Shown here: in pieces, positions 48,170-58,906 of the stretch | Layout: every line of letters begins with the position of its first letter | How positions within the stretch are numbered: position 1 is the first letter of the stretch | Origin: an uncultured Alphaproteobacteria bacterium | GTDB lineage: Bacteria; Pseudomonadota; Alphaproteobacteria; RF32; CAG-239 | DNA: 64,000 bases | Assembly: GCA_944392835.1 (NCBI GenBank) | Contig: CALXYB010000008.1 | Span: 4,821-68,820, forward strand | Direction of reading: 5' to 3' | The notes under the pieces: model-generated | Database searches by the model: none | What the model was told of the DNA's origin: nothing | What the model saw: only the letters and a program-made list of their open reading frames with translations | Program-made: the position numbers and the translations under genes

Positions 48170-48208
48170 CACCCTCCACAAGGGAGGGTGTTTTTGTATT
48201 GGTGATAG
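48170..48208 (+). repeat. terminator hairpin + boundary core (tttttgtattggtgatag)
   Basis: caccctccacaagggagggtg hairpin followed by core. Terminator of 48311..49036 in minus orientation. Confidence 0.5.
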
Positions 48209-48310
48209 TTCCGCAATGAATTTCGAACTTTTGCTTACCCCTGAATATCATGAAGCAACAATGCAGACATATCAGTTAGCCAAAGTATTCATGCAAAGCA
48301 ATCAAGAATA

Positions 48311-49036
48311 TCAACATTTGTGCCAACCGAGGAATTTACCGTTATTATCAAATTTGCATTCATAATGAAATCTGTCTTCACGCTCTGCAAAAAAGACGAA
48401 ATCTTTAATCGCTTTTGCTTTTAGTAGGTCAGGATAAACCACTGGTGTGAATCTCGCCTCATATCCACCCGTTTTGAACTCAATCAGAAATGGCTTTAGC
48501 TCTTTACAAAAACGTTTAAAGAATGCATCAATTGACCCAAAGGGTTTGCGAAAATTACATTCACACCATTTATTTGCGTTATTTTGAGCGTTTTCCCAAA
48601 ATTTCATAATTTCAGTTACCACACCATTCTTAGCGGATTTGAAATTTACTATTATCTTCTCATCAATGCCATTTAGTTCAATAATAAAGTTCCGCTTTTT
48701 AGTGTCAATAGATGCTTTTATTGCCCAACCACTATTTTCAATTTTGGATGTTGCAAAATATTCTGGTTTTAATACATCAATATTGTAGCGAGTAAATTGG
48801 TCACATAATTCAATCCAACGAGAACGGTCGCTATACGTTTGTCCTTGCCTTGCGATTGTTTTAATTTTAATAATCCCCATATTTTCTAAGGCCTGCATTT
48901 CCTCATATATATCAAAGTTGCTAAAATTAGTATCTGAGGTTAGTAATTGAATTTTATCAGCCCGTATTAGCAAATTTTGATAAATCATATTATCTTCAAT
49001 TACTTGTTGAATAAATGTCCTAATCGTATTTCTCAT
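48311..49036 (-). CDS. hypothetical protein
   Basis: 241-aa ORF. No recognisable domain. Confidence 0.4.
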   Translation of the reverse strand: MRNTIRTFIQQVIEDNMIYQNLLIRADKIQLLTSDTNFSNFDIYEEMQALENMGIIKIKTIARQGQTYSDRSRWIELCDQFTRYNIDVLKPEYFATSKIENSGWAIKASIDTKKRNFIIELNGIDEKIIVNFKSAKNGVVTEIMKFWENAQNNANKWCECNFRKPFGSIDAFFKRFCKELKPFLIEFKTGGYEARFTPVVYPDLLKAKAIKDFVFFAEREDRFHYECKFDNNGKFLGWHKC

Positions 49037-49319
49037 GGCAGTTCCTTTCAGTTGCCACTGGCATTATCGCTTGTATACTTTTAGGATATCAAAAACACAA
49101 CTTGAAACATTAAATAAAAGCATAGAACTAGAGCTAAGAAAAACATAATATCTTAATAACATGTATTAAAATATTTAATAAGAGTTAAATATAAAATATG
49201 AGTTTTTCAATTAGATAAATGCAAATTTTATAAAGTTTATAAGGGAAATTTTATTATTAATAAATTTATATACACATTAAACATGTATTATATTTTGTAT
49301 TAAGGGTTATCGTTTGCGA

Positions 49320-50273
49320 TTACTCAGCCCAATTATGCTCTTTTTTATGTCGTCTGACCGTATTTGTATTAGACTTCCGACTAAGTAATTCTTTCTCTTT
49401 ATCTGTAAATTCTTTCAAAATAGGCTCGATTTCCTTAAATCCAAATTTTTTTATTGCTTTGGAAGGAATTGATATAAATTGAATTGGGGATTCAGCATGT
49501 TTGCCTTTCTCTTTTCCAAGGATATTTTCTACATATAAAGCGTAGCCAATAATTTCAGAGGTTAAACTATAGCATTTTTCTTCGGTAAAAGAGGCTAAGA
49601 CGTTTTTAACTGTGTTTGAAATTAAATCATTTGCCGACGATAAATTTTCAATGTTTATTATGTTATGGGTTATTAGAGTGTGGATATATCCAAAAATAAT
49701 ATGACTTCTAGAGAGGTAATGGCTCAAAGCTTCATTAATATTAGTCATTCCCCAACCGGATATTGAAAATAAACTTTCAGAACCTTGTATAGTCAAACTT
49801 AGTCTATGTACCATTTCTTTCGCTTTATTACGAGAGAATTTATTTCGGCAGTAAGTATATAATCGTAATAAATTTAGCACAAAAAAATACGTTATTAAAA
49901 GTGGTGAAGTTTCTTCTTTTATAATATTTTTTATATTCTCGTACGTGTACCCATATATTAGTGATTGGGCACCTCCATTTGTAATATAAGATTCGTACTC
50001 GCATTTATAAATATCAAATAGCTCTTTAGAACATTTCTGCTTTTTTGCAACTTTAGAACGGTACATAAGAGAGTTAAGAGAATCTTCTTTGTCATCGGCG
50101 ATACTGTTCATTAAGTCAAAAGAAACCATCGCCTTATATTTTTTTAACTTTTCTTCATCCTCAATAGCAAATATATATGGAATAAGGTGAAACAATATGT
50201 TTTCTATTGCACATTCTTTTGATTTTTCAGATATTCTATGATTCAAATAGGGAAATGTAATTTCGCGTACCAT
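49320..50273 (-). CDS. hypothetical protein (possibly abortive-infection-like)
   Basis: 317-aa AT-rich ORF. Weak overall resemblance to Abi-type proteins only. Confidence 0.35.
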   Translation of the reverse strand: MVREITFPYLNHRISEKSKECAIENILFHLIPYIFAIEDEEKLKKYKAMVSFDLMNSIADDKEDSLNSLMYRSKVAKKQKCSKELFDIYKCEYESYITNGGAQSLIYGYTYENIKNIIKEETSPLLITYFFVLNLLRLYTYCRNKFSRNKAKEMVHRLSLTIQGSESLFSISGWGMTNINEALSHYLSRSHIIFGYIHTLITHNIINIENLSSANDLISNTVKNVLASFTEEKCYSLTSEIIGYALYVENILGKEKGKHAESPIQFISIPSKAIKKFGFKEIEPILKEFTDKEKELLSRKSNTNTVRRHKKEHNWAE

Positions 50274-50583
50274 ATTTACCTCTTCTGCTATTTGCTACAT
50301 ATTGAAGTTTAGAAATAAATGTAGTAGTTAAAACTTTAAATATAGTTTACGAAGATGTGTTAATCTTGAAAATTGTCAATATGCTGAAAACGTCACTCGT
50401 ACGCACATAGGTTGTTTAAAATCGCATAATTTATCAATTTTAATACAAACTGCCGCATATGGTCAAAAAATGCAGTTTATTTCTAATATGTTATTAAAAG
50501 AAATCAACTAAGGTATTATTTGTTCAAAGGAGATACAAGCGAGGCGGATAAAAGCAGAAAAATTAATAAGCATACTGTTCTTT

Positions 50584-51339
50584 TCAATTTTCATTCCAGA
50601 CTTTATTATAAATTTTCCCCCAACCTTCATTATGGCTTGCTCCGTCCACTTCAATAATTAAATCATCATTATCGACAAATTCACGAATCAAAATCGGTGG
50701 CATAACCTTGTCATGATTGCCGACATAATGAATTTGCGGAAGTTCGGCAAACTGTTTGTGATAGCTTTCCAAATTCATCGCCTCATTAAGCGGCGGCAGG
50801 TTGTGATATTGCGTCCATGCCAAGTGGTCGAGATTTCCGGCAATGGTTATAATTTTTTTGACATTCAACCCCCTTTTTGCGGTTGCAACCAATCCTGCAA
50901 CTTGTGCCCCTCCCGAAAAACCAACCAAAACAACTGGATTATTACCGGCAATTTGTCTTATCGTTTCATATTCGGCATTAATAATTTCAGGAGCAAATCG
51001 TGCGGTTGTCCAATGTCGTTTTGAACAAATAGGACTTTTAATATATTGACAGGGACGTGCGATATAAACAACATTCGGACTTTTATCACCGAAAGCCAAT
51101 TCACGAACTAATGTTCCGCGAGGTGTCGGGTCTTGTGTTGCTTTACCATGACTATTAAAAGCATAACCATCACCCTCAATATAAATCTTGTACACACCTT
51201 GCGGATTGGTTATCTTCTGCCATGTTACAATCGTAAAGTTCCGTGTTTCAACTTCTTTATAAACATAGTCGGAGGGGACTGTTATTGAGGAACAGTTTGT
51301 CAAAAGCAACAGCGCCGCAAATATTTTCATTAAAGTCTT
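50584..51339 (-). CDS. secreted alpha/beta-hydrolase (serine esterase/lipase-like)
   Basis: Signal peptide MKTLMKIFAALLLLTNCSS. GFSGG nucleophile elbow. Start trimmed from 51378. Confidence 0.55.
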   Translation of the reverse strand, partial: KTLMKIFAALLLLTNCSSITVPSDYVYKEVETRNFTIVTWQKITNPQGVYKIYIEGDGYAFNSHGKATQDPTPRGTLVRELAFGDKSPNVVYIARPCQYIKSPICSKRHWTTARFAPEIINAEYETIRQIAGNNPVVLVGFSGGAQVAGLVATAKRGLNVKKIITIAGNLDHLAWTQYHNLPPLNEAMNLESYHKQFAELPQIHYVGNHDKVMPPILIREFVDNDDLIIEVDGASHNEGWGKIYNKVWNEN

Positions 51340-51885
51340 CATAACGTTAACCATACCCCCTAATATTTTAAACCACAATAATATTTTAACTCTATATCTG
51401 TTTTTACGGTATTTTTCGCACGCATACGCATAAATCGCTTAAACCGCATAATTTATCATTTTTAATCAAAACTGCCGCGTATCATCAAAAAATGTGGTTT
51501 TATATGGTGAAATATTTTATTTTTTAATTGCAAATCAACCACACTCCCGATAACATACAGTCAGGCACGAAGTTTGCTTTGTGTTTAGTACCTTGAGTGG
51601 TACGGAGCTTTCATCGGCTTTTATTAGCTACGGTGTTAGGATATAGCATCGTCATATTGTCAGCTATTCATCATAGCTGGCAGTAAATATATCCCCGATT
51701 CATAGTTATCTATGGTCGGGGAGCTTTTGACGTATGTTCAGGAACCATATAACTATCTCTGAAAAAATATGGCTCTAAAGGTTAAAGGAATCATTTTAGC
51801 TAATATGATTGATGAACTCTCCGACCACCTTATAAAACAGGTGGTTTTCTTTTAATTGCAATTAAAGAAAAGGAAGTTTAATCAT

Positions 51886-54744
51886 ATGAAAAAAAATTTA
51901 CTCATAACAACCGCATTAGTTGCCGTTCTAAGTACAACTAGCGCTTATGCGGAATCACTCCCGAGTGATGCGTCAAATTTAACAACAGGTAAATATGTTG
52001 TTGAAGATACTGGTCAGGAAAATATCCATAACGGAAATATCAAACTCTCGGAAGAGGCTTCTTTAGAAGTAAATACCTATGTCGATATCGATGCCGAGCA
52101 GGATAAGGTCACCGATACAAGCCATATTTTTAACGTACAAGGAAATTTGGAAGTCGGCGATGCTACTAATGGCGGCGGTAGTTTATCGGTAAAACGCGAT
52201 GATGACAAAAAGCCGTTTATGAGCGTCAACGGGAATCTGACTGTCAATAACGGCGCCTCTGTTGATATGTCCAGCAACAGTGACTATTTCTCAACTATAA
52301 CTGTTAGCGAAAATGCCGATATTAAAGGCGGCAATGTTAAGATGAATAATGCTGAAATCTTTGTCAGAAAGGGTTTGAGCATTACCGGAGGCAACCTTGA
52401 ATTACAGAACAACGGTGGTTTGTATTTGCCGGAAGAGACTTCCAGTAATGTGACTATCAGCGGCGGCAAAATCACGATGAACGGCAACACGGAAATAGAC
52501 ACTTCCAAAGGCGATATTACCATCAGTGGCGGTGAAATTAATTTGAAAGATGCCAGTTCTATTAAAACCCGTGGCGGCAATATTAATATTTCAGATGGGA
52601 CGATTACCACTTCATATACCGGTAACGGAGACGGAGAAGTTATGTCTCTTATTGCCAACGGAAACGTTGAAATCAGTGGTGGAACGGTTAATTTGAATTC
52701 AACAACCATGGCTGCATTTGGCGGAAAAATGAATATTACCGGCGGAAATATTACATTAAAAGGAACTTCAACCAATGAGGCGTCTTTATGGTCTGCGGCC
52801 GGTGATTTAGATATTTCCGGAGCTGATACCGTTATCAATATGCAAGGCCATGCGGATATGGATAGCATTGATGACCGCCTTAATGTTGGAACACATACGA
52901 AAAATAATATTAATATTACAGATGCAACTATTAATATTTCCGGTACGGAAAACGAAATCGGCGCCGAAGGCTCTATTAATTTGAATAATGCAACATTGAA
53001 TGTTGCCGATGCCGGGGAGGTTTTGGTTTCAAATTCGGCTGATAAGAAACAAGGAACATTAAACCTTAATGGCGGTCTGATTAACTTAGGCGGTACAATT
53101 AATGGTAACGTTAATGGAAATGGCAATCTCTGTTTCAGAAACGCTGCCGCTACTGTCAGCGGTAACGTCTCCGGTTCTAATCTGGCTTTTGAGACTGACC
53201 ATTCTTTAAGTAAGGCGGTTTCAGGTACAATCGGCGATTTGGCTTCTCTGAGTGTTAATAAAGGCACATTGACCTATGATAAGCAAACCGGTACAATCGG
53301 TAATTTGAATGTTGCCGGCGGTTTGGATATTGGTACAAATACCGTCAATGCAACAGCCGTTGATTTTAAAGATAATTCAAAACTAGCCCTGCGTGTAGCT
53401 GCGGCTGATAATTACGGTAAAATCAATGCTGACAATATTACCATCGGCGATAAAACAACAATGAATGTCACTTTGGATAATGGTGTCGTTGGTAACGGTA
53501 AAACTTCTGAATTTAAATTCTTAAACGGTACGGTTAATGGTGATTTTACAAATAAAATTGCTGAAAATAACCGTTATGCGATTGAATGGACAGAGGATGG
53601 TTCTTTGAATATTACCGGAACAGCGACGGCATCTGATGTTGTTAATGAAGCCGGTGGTTCTACGAATAATGCCAAAACAGCGGAGGCCTGGGACAGTTTG
53701 ACATCTTCATCAACGGCAAGTGCCGGAGCTAAAGCAGTTGCTTCGGTTCTGAATGATTTATCGCAGAATAATGAACAGGCTTATGTTGAGGCTTTGACCG
53801 CGGTGGCTCCTGAAGTTGCACCGATGGTTCAAAAAACACAGACTGAAACGGCTAATCAGGTATTCGGGGCTGTATCAACTCGTTTAACCGGTGGTTCGGT
53901 TTCAACCGGCGGCGAGGGTATGTCTTCCGGCGATAACATTTTTGAACGCGCAGCGATGTGGGTTCAGGGCTTGTTTAATCATTCCAAACTTGATGATACG
54001 TCCAAAGCCAAAGGTTTTGATGCCGATACCAACGGTATTGCTTTCGGTTTTGAGAAGTTTGTGACCGATGATGTTAAAGCCGGTATCGGTTATGCTTACA
54101 GTAATACTGATATTGACGGCTTTAAGCGTGATACAGATGTTGATACTCATACCGCTATTTTGTATGGTGAATACAAACCGTCAAATTGGTATGTAAATGG
54201 TATTGCGACTTATGGTTGGTCTGATTATGACGAAAGCAAGAACGTTGCCGGTATCAAAGTTAATGCTGACTATGATGTTGAAACGTTTGGTTTGCAGGCG
54301 ATGACCGGTTATGATATGAACATTAAAGGTATCAATGTTACGCCGGAAACCGGTTTGCGCTATGTCCATATTAAGCAGGATGCTTATAAAGACTCTGCTG
54401 ACCAGCGCGTATCTGCCAATGACAGCGATATTTTGACCGGTGTTATCGGTGCCAAAGTCAGCAAGTCTTGGGAATTGTCTAATGGTATGACTGTCAAACC
54501 GGAAGCCCGCATTGCCGCGACTTATGACCTGTTTAACGATGATGTTAATTCGGTTGTTACGTTGGCGAATGGTTCGGCTTATACCGTTGATGGTGAAGCT
54601 CTTGACCGTTTCGGAATGGAATTTGGGGCTGGTGTAACTGCGGAAGTCAACGATAATGTCGAACTCTCGCTTGGTTATGAAGGCAAATTCCGTGAGGACT
54701 ACCAAGACCATACCGGATTGATTAATGCTAAATATAAGTTTTAA
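51886..54744 (+). CDS. autotransporter (type Va) with repetitive Gly/Asn-rich passenger and C-terminal beta-barrel
   Basis: Signal peptide. Passenger with repeated GGNI/ISGG beta-helix-like motifs. C-terminal domain ending ...NAKYKF, typical of autotransporter barrels. Confidence 0.75.
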   Translation: MKKNLLITTALVAVLSTTSAYAESLPSDASNLTTGKYVVEDTGQENIHNGNIKLSEEASLEVNTYVDIDAEQDKVTDTSHIFNVQGNLEVGDATNGGGSLSVKRDDDKKPFMSVNGNLTVNNGASVDMSSNSDYFSTITVSENADIKGGNVKMNNAEIFVRKGLSITGGNLELQNNGGLYLPEETSSNVTISGGKITMNGNTEIDTSKGDITISGGEINLKDASSIKTRGGNINISDGTITTSYTGNGDGEVMSLIANGNVEISGGTVNLNSTTMAAFGGKMNITGGNITLKGTSTNEASLWSAAGDLDISGADTVINMQGHADMDSIDDRLNVGTHTKNNINITDATINISGTENEIGAEGSINLNNATLNVADAGEVLVSNSADKKQGTLNLNGGLINLGGTINGNVNGNGNLCFRNAAATVSGNVSGSNLAFETDHSLSKAVSGTIGDLASLSVNKGTLTYDKQTGTIGNLNVAGGLDIGTNTVNATAVDFKDNSKLALRVAAADNYGKINADNITIGDKTTMNVTLDNGVVGNGKTSEFKFLNGTVNGDFTNKIAENNRYAIEWTEDGSLNITGTATASDVVNEAGGSTNNAKTAEAWDSLTSSSTASAGAKAVASVLNDLSQNNEQAYVEALTAVAPEVAPMVQKTQTETANQVFGAVSTRLTGGSVSTGGEGMSSGDNIFERAAMWVQGLFNHSKLDDTSKAKGFDADTNGIAFGFEKFVTDDVKAGIGYAYSNTDIDGFKRDTDVDTHTAILYGEYKPSNWYVNGIATYGWSDYDESKNVAGIKVNADYDVETFGLQAMTGYDMNIKGINVTPETGLRYVHIKQDAYKDSADQRVSANDSDILTGVIGAKVSKSWELSNGMTVKPEARIAATYDLFNDDVNSVVTLANGSAYTVDGEALDRFGMEFGAGVTAEVNDNVELSLGYEGKFREDYQDHTGLINAKYKF

Positions 54745-54773
54745 TAATTAGCTAACCGGTATAAAATGCTCTG

Positions 54774-54980
54774 TTACTTATTGGTTGCAGAGCATTTTTT
54801 ATTGTCAATACTGGCTTTGATGAATTGATGTTTGTGGTTGGGGCTATTAGGGCAAGTACCACCCTTTGGAGCTAGTTCCTTATGACCGCACCACTGACAA
54901 ATAAAGCCTTGACGATGGATTAAGTCCTTTTTTAGCCTTTCTAAAATTTCACGAATAGCTTTGACATCGTCTTTTTTCAT
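54774..54980 (-). CDS. small zinc-ribbon-like protein
   Basis: CQWCGH...CPNSPNHKH Cys/His cluster. Hairpin terminator at 54752-54790. Confidence 0.3.
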   Translation of the reverse strand: MKKDDVKAIREILERLKKDLIHRQGFICQWCGHKELAPKGGTCPNSPNHKHQFIKASIDNKKCSATNK

Positions 54981-55344
54981 TTTTTTGAGCTCCTAAAATT
55001 GATTATTGTTTATATAATAAAATTATTTAAGCATTTGATTTTTCAGTATTTTACTTGATTTTACTGTTGCAATTTGCGGTAGAGTATGTTATAATATATT
55101 ATATTTGAAATTGATTCGATTCGTTTTCATTTCAAATATAAATCACCGACATATTAGCCTGTATGGTCTGCTTTTTTCATCAGAGCGGATAAGGTTTTAT
55201 ATGTTTGAAAGTGAGGGGTGATATGCTGTACATTACAAACATCAAAAATAAGTTTTGTAGGGCATATCACTTACCCAAATCCGCAACTATTCAGAGCCTT
55301 TGTTAATTACCTTGGCTCTTTTTTTATTTTAAAGGAGTAAAAAT

Positions 55345-55668
55345 ATGAATGTTGAAAAAATAAAACAGCTGAACGACACATTCCGCAAAACATTCTGTGG
55401 CGGACGCGTTGTTTTAACCGTAGGTATTCAATCAATGCCTACTGATGACCGAAGTGAGCTTTTGAAACAAGTTCAGGAGTTCGATAAATTTACCGAAGAC
55501 AACGACCCCTACGGGGAACATGATTTTGGGGCAATAAGTTTCAAAAACGATACATACTTCTGGAAAATCGACTATTACGATACCGATTATAATTATTTAA
55601 GCCCCGACGCAAGCGACTCCAATGTCACAAACCGTGTCTTAACAATTATGCGGGGAGACGAATATTGA
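55345..55668 (+). CDS. conserved hypothetical (plasmid-associated DUF-like) protein
   Basis: 107-aa ORF with RBS AAGGAG. Stop overlaps next start. Confidence 0.4.
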   Translation: MNVEKIKQLNDTFRKTFCGGRVVLTVGIQSMPTDDRSELLKQVQEFDKFTEDNDPYGEHDFGAISFKNDTYFWKIDYYDTDYNYLSPDASDSNVTNRVLTIMRGDEY

Positions 55669-56195
55669 GTAACCCGAATTACAAATGTCAGGGAGATACC
55701 GACAACTTATGCGGCATTTATGCCAGCCTAAATAGTATTATCAAAGCAACCGATGGTGTGATGACAATTAGTCAGACCAGAGCGAGAACCCTTTTCGGGG
55801 AAATTATCAGCCATTTACACCGTCGGAGGCTATTATATAAAATTCACCAACATGGGACGAATGTGCAACAGCTTAACGAATATTTGACCTTACTTGAAGA
55901 CAAACTCGCCGAAAAAATAAATATACATCATTATTTCCCTTTTTCAGAAAGAACCAGAACTAAAACAGTTATCAAACGACTTACTGATATGTCTTCTGAA
56001 AAACACATCGCGGTAATTTTGCCTTTAGAGGGAAAATACTATCACTGGAGCCTGCTCGATAAAGTAGTCGGTAATCGCATTTATTTAATTGATTCTAATC
56101 ATCTTAAATATATTAATATTGATAAAATTCCCGATATTCACCAGATGTGTCCCGAAGAAGTATGCATCGTTGTTGCCGATACGGAGGCTGTATAA
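55665..56195 (+). CDS. hypothetical protein (possible Cys-peptidase-like N-terminus)
   Basis: CQGDTDNLCGIYASLNS weakly resembles Q...C papain-like active-site spacing. Speculative. Confidence 0.3.
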   Translation: MSNPNYKCQGDTDNLCGIYASLNSIIKATDGVMTISQTRARTLFGEIISHLHRRRLLYKIHQHGTNVQQLNEYLTLLEDKLAEKINIHHYFPFSERTRTKTVIKRLTDMSSEKHIAVILPLEGKYYHWSLLDKVVGNRIYLIDSNHLKYINIDKIPDIHQMCPEEVCIVVADTEAV

Positions 56196-56314
56196 ATGAA
56201 GTATACCGTGCTTTCACAGATGATTTTGTGTGTAAACAAAGTCAAAAACCGCATTTATTGCACACCTGTAAACGCAAGTTATAAATTTCAATTTCACATA
56301 AAGGAGCAAAAAAT

Positions 56315-56860
56315 ATGATTTTTAACTATATCCGTGTTTCAACTACCGACCAAAACACCGAACGACAACTTTTAGATATTCCGTGCGACCGAGCTTATAT
56401 TGAAAAAATCAGCGGCAAAAATACCGACCGCCCTGAATTACAGGCTATGTTATTAAATATTCGTTCCGGCGACATTTTAAATATTCACGAAATGAGTCGT
56501 TTGGCTCGTAATACTCGGGATTTGCTGAACCTTGTAGAGGAAATTACAGCCAAAGGAGCGACTATAGTCTTTTATAAAGAAAATTTGACCTTCAAAGGCG
56601 ATGGAAAGCAAGACCCTTATCAGAAAATGATGATGACGATGTTAGGAGCCGTTGCGGAGCTTGAACGTAATTTAATCCTTGAACGCCAACGAGAGGGTAT
56701 AGCTCTTGCCAAACTTCACGGCAAATATAAAGGCGGTCAGCCTAAACTAACCGCCCAACAAGTCGAAGAAATAAAAGCCCTTGTTAATAATCGCACACCA
56801 ATAACGCAAATTGCCAGACAATATAACATCAGCCGTCGTACTGTATATAACTACCTATGA
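56315..56860 (+). CDS. small serine recombinase (resolvase/invertase family)
   Basis: IRVSTTDQ catalytic Ser motif. C-terminal HTH. 181 aa. Confidence 0.8.
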   Translation: MIFNYIRVSTTDQNTERQLLDIPCDRAYIEKISGKNTDRPELQAMLLNIRSGDILNIHEMSRLARNTRDLLNLVEEITAKGATIVFYKENLTFKGDGKQDPYQKMMMTMLGAVAELERNLILERQREGIALAKLHGKYKGGQPKLTAQQVEEIKALVNNRTPITQIARQYNISRRTVYNYL

Positions 56861-56897
56861 AAAAAGGCGGTCAACCCATAAGCCAACCACCCAACAA

Positions 56898-57650
56898 TTA
56901 ATTCCCATTTTTAATGTCGCTAATAATATTGCGTAAAATTTCTTTTCCTTTTCCCCCTGCAAAAGCTAAATCATATATTCTAAAACGTTTGAGATGAATA
57001 AAGTTAGCATAAACAGCCTTGTACGTCATATTGGTGTTTTTGAGGCCAATCGTTAAATTTCTCCTCATAAATGTTCTTTTTCCGCCAAATAATGCTTTGA
57101 AACTGTACTGTATTGCAGATTCTAAATCATATTGAGGTCTGACGACAAAGGGCCTAATTCTACTTTGAGGGAAGTATTTTTTTATACGTTTCGATAGTTT
57201 CCCTTTTTCCCATCTAGTTAAAGTTCTGAAAAAAATTCCGTGAATATGTGGTGTCATCAGAGTACCATCTTGCTGGAATGATATCCGAGGAAATTCATCT
57301 AAAGCAACATTAGCGATATAATCATATCCTTTAAAAATCTTTTTTATTTTCTTTTGAAATGACTTGTGTTGGAAATTCCAATTATCCTGCCCAAAATTAT
57401 ATTTATCGACAACAACAGTAAACATAGAGATATTGTTATTACCGATAACTGGTTCCAAGTATGAATAAGCAACATCTGAAAAGTTTTTGAGAGCTAGAGG
57501 TTGCATCATTCCAAATCCAGTTCGACTATTAACATACCTTATTAATCGGCTCTTTACATAAACATCTTTAACATACAAATCAATTGCTCTTGTCACTTTT
57601 CTGAGTTGCAAATTTGCATTTTGTTCAAATCTTTCTGAAAAAGTTTTCAT
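56898..57650 (-). CDS. HUH-type replication-initiator / relaxase-like protein
   Basis: PHIHGIFF (HUH motif). Downstream Tyr-containing YKAVYANF. Confidence 0.4.
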   Translation of the reverse strand: MKTFSERFEQNANLQLRKVTRAIDLYVKDVYVKSRLIRYVNSRTGFGMMQPLALKNFSDVAYSYLEPVIGNNNISMFTVVVDKYNFGQDNWNFQHKSFQKKIKKIFKGYDYIANVALDEFPRISFQQDGTLMTPHIHGIFFRTLTRWEKGKLSKRIKKYFPQSRIRPFVVRPQYDLESAIQYSFKALFGGKRTFMRRNLTIGLKNTNMTYKAVYANFIHLKRFRIYDLAFAGGKGKEILRNIISDIKNGN

Positions 57651-57792
57651 TTTAATTTATTCCTTAATTGACTGATTTAACTGCATTATGTTTAAAATAT
57701 GGTTGTATACATACATTTGCAGTTTTCGCAAAAACGTTGTAATACAACGTTTTTCAAAAAAAGGGGAACAGTTTAAATTGTCCCCCTTTCTA

Positions 57793-58512
57793 TTATTGTA
57801 ATTTAAAAAACTCGAAATCATCCAGCTTTTTAATTAAAGCAACATCTGTGCTTTTGAATGCTTCACCCTCTGTAACCCAGATGACGTAACTTTCATCTTC
57901 AATTTTATTATTTTTCAAAAAGTTAACGATTTTAGTGCTCAAATAAGGTTTGGCTGAATTAGATGAAGAGGCTTTATGATTTTCTTCTGTATCATCATCA
58001 CTTTCATCGTCATCATCTTCGTCAAGGTCATCATTCTCTTCAGATGTTTCATTGCTAAAGTCAAATTCCAATTGGTTTTCATTATTCTCTTCTTCCTCTT
58101 CTTCAGATTGCTCTTTTGAACGAGGATTGGCAAAATAATCAATCCCAAATTTTTTCAACTCTTCGTTAGCTCTTTTAACATCATATTGAAGCTCATCAAA
58201 GTGTTTCAAGACTCTAACATAAGTTCTGATTCTTGCTTTTATGTGTTCATCATCACAGTCACTTGAAACGTTCATGGCTAACATTAATACCATTTTCATT
58301 GGTTTTGAAGCTGAGTATTTAATATTTGCCTTTTTACATCGCTTTTTAATGACTTTCTCGTTGTAATGAAGACAAACGTCATAACACCCAATGATGGCCT
58401 GGCGTATGTGTTTACGTCCTTTTAACTCAAATTTTCCAAAAGATGCGAAATCTTTTTTTGCTATGTTGAGTTTTTCAACGATTTCGTCTTTATTATAAGA
58501 TTCAAGAAACAT
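57793..58512 (-). CDS. acidic (D/E-rich) hypothetical protein
   Basis: Long Asp/Glu run in centre. Overlaps next ORF start. Confidence 0.35.
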   Translation of the reverse strand: MFLESYNKDEIVEKLNIAKKDFASFGKFELKGRKHIRQAIIGCYDVCLHYNEKVIKKRCKKANIKYSASKPMKMVLMLAMNVSSDCDDEHIKARIRTYVRVLKHFDELQYDVKRANEELKKFGIDYFANPRSKEQSEEEEEENNENQLEFDFSNETSEENDDLDEDDDDESDDDTEENHKASSSNSAKPYLSTKIVNFLKNNKIEDESYVIWVTEGEAFKSTDVALIKKLDDFEFFKLQ

Positions 58513-58816
58513 TTTGTATTTCCTTTATTTCTTTGTCTGCATAATAAAGAGTGAGAAAAAGTTTCAATAACTGCTCATAAATAGCCAAAGCCTCATCATC
58601 AGATAAAACTTCATTTGGATACCATGATTTAATTACATCTTCTTTTCTCATAGCTTCACAATTTAGACAAAATTGATACACAGCCAATTGGCTGGAAAGA
58701 CAATTCATTTGCCTTACAATATGAACAATAGCGTAAACATCGTTAGTTTGGAAATTGTTAGTTTCTAAGGGTTTTGTGTGATTGATAGAAACATCCAACG
58801 ATATTGTAACAATCAT
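58502..58816 (-). CDS. hypothetical protein
   Basis: 104-aa ORF coupled to downstream gene. Confidence 0.3.
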   Translation of the reverse strand: MIVTISLDVSINHTKPLETNNFQTNDVYAIVHIVRQMNCLSSQLAVYQFCLNCEAMRKEDVIKSWYPNEVLSDDEALAIYEQLLKLFLTLYYADKEIKEIQNVS

Positions 58817-58906
58817 TAGAAAAAGCTAACAATCGTTATTGGAAACAAATAAATTGCTTGTTTTGTCTAAAATCACATAATATTATTATTTTTAACAATT
58901 GGAGAT

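Noticed and set aside
52284-53267. 327-aa minus-strand ORF inside the autotransporter gene
   Set aside because: Low-complexity Pro/Leu-rich antisense translation of the repetitive passenger domain. No start context.
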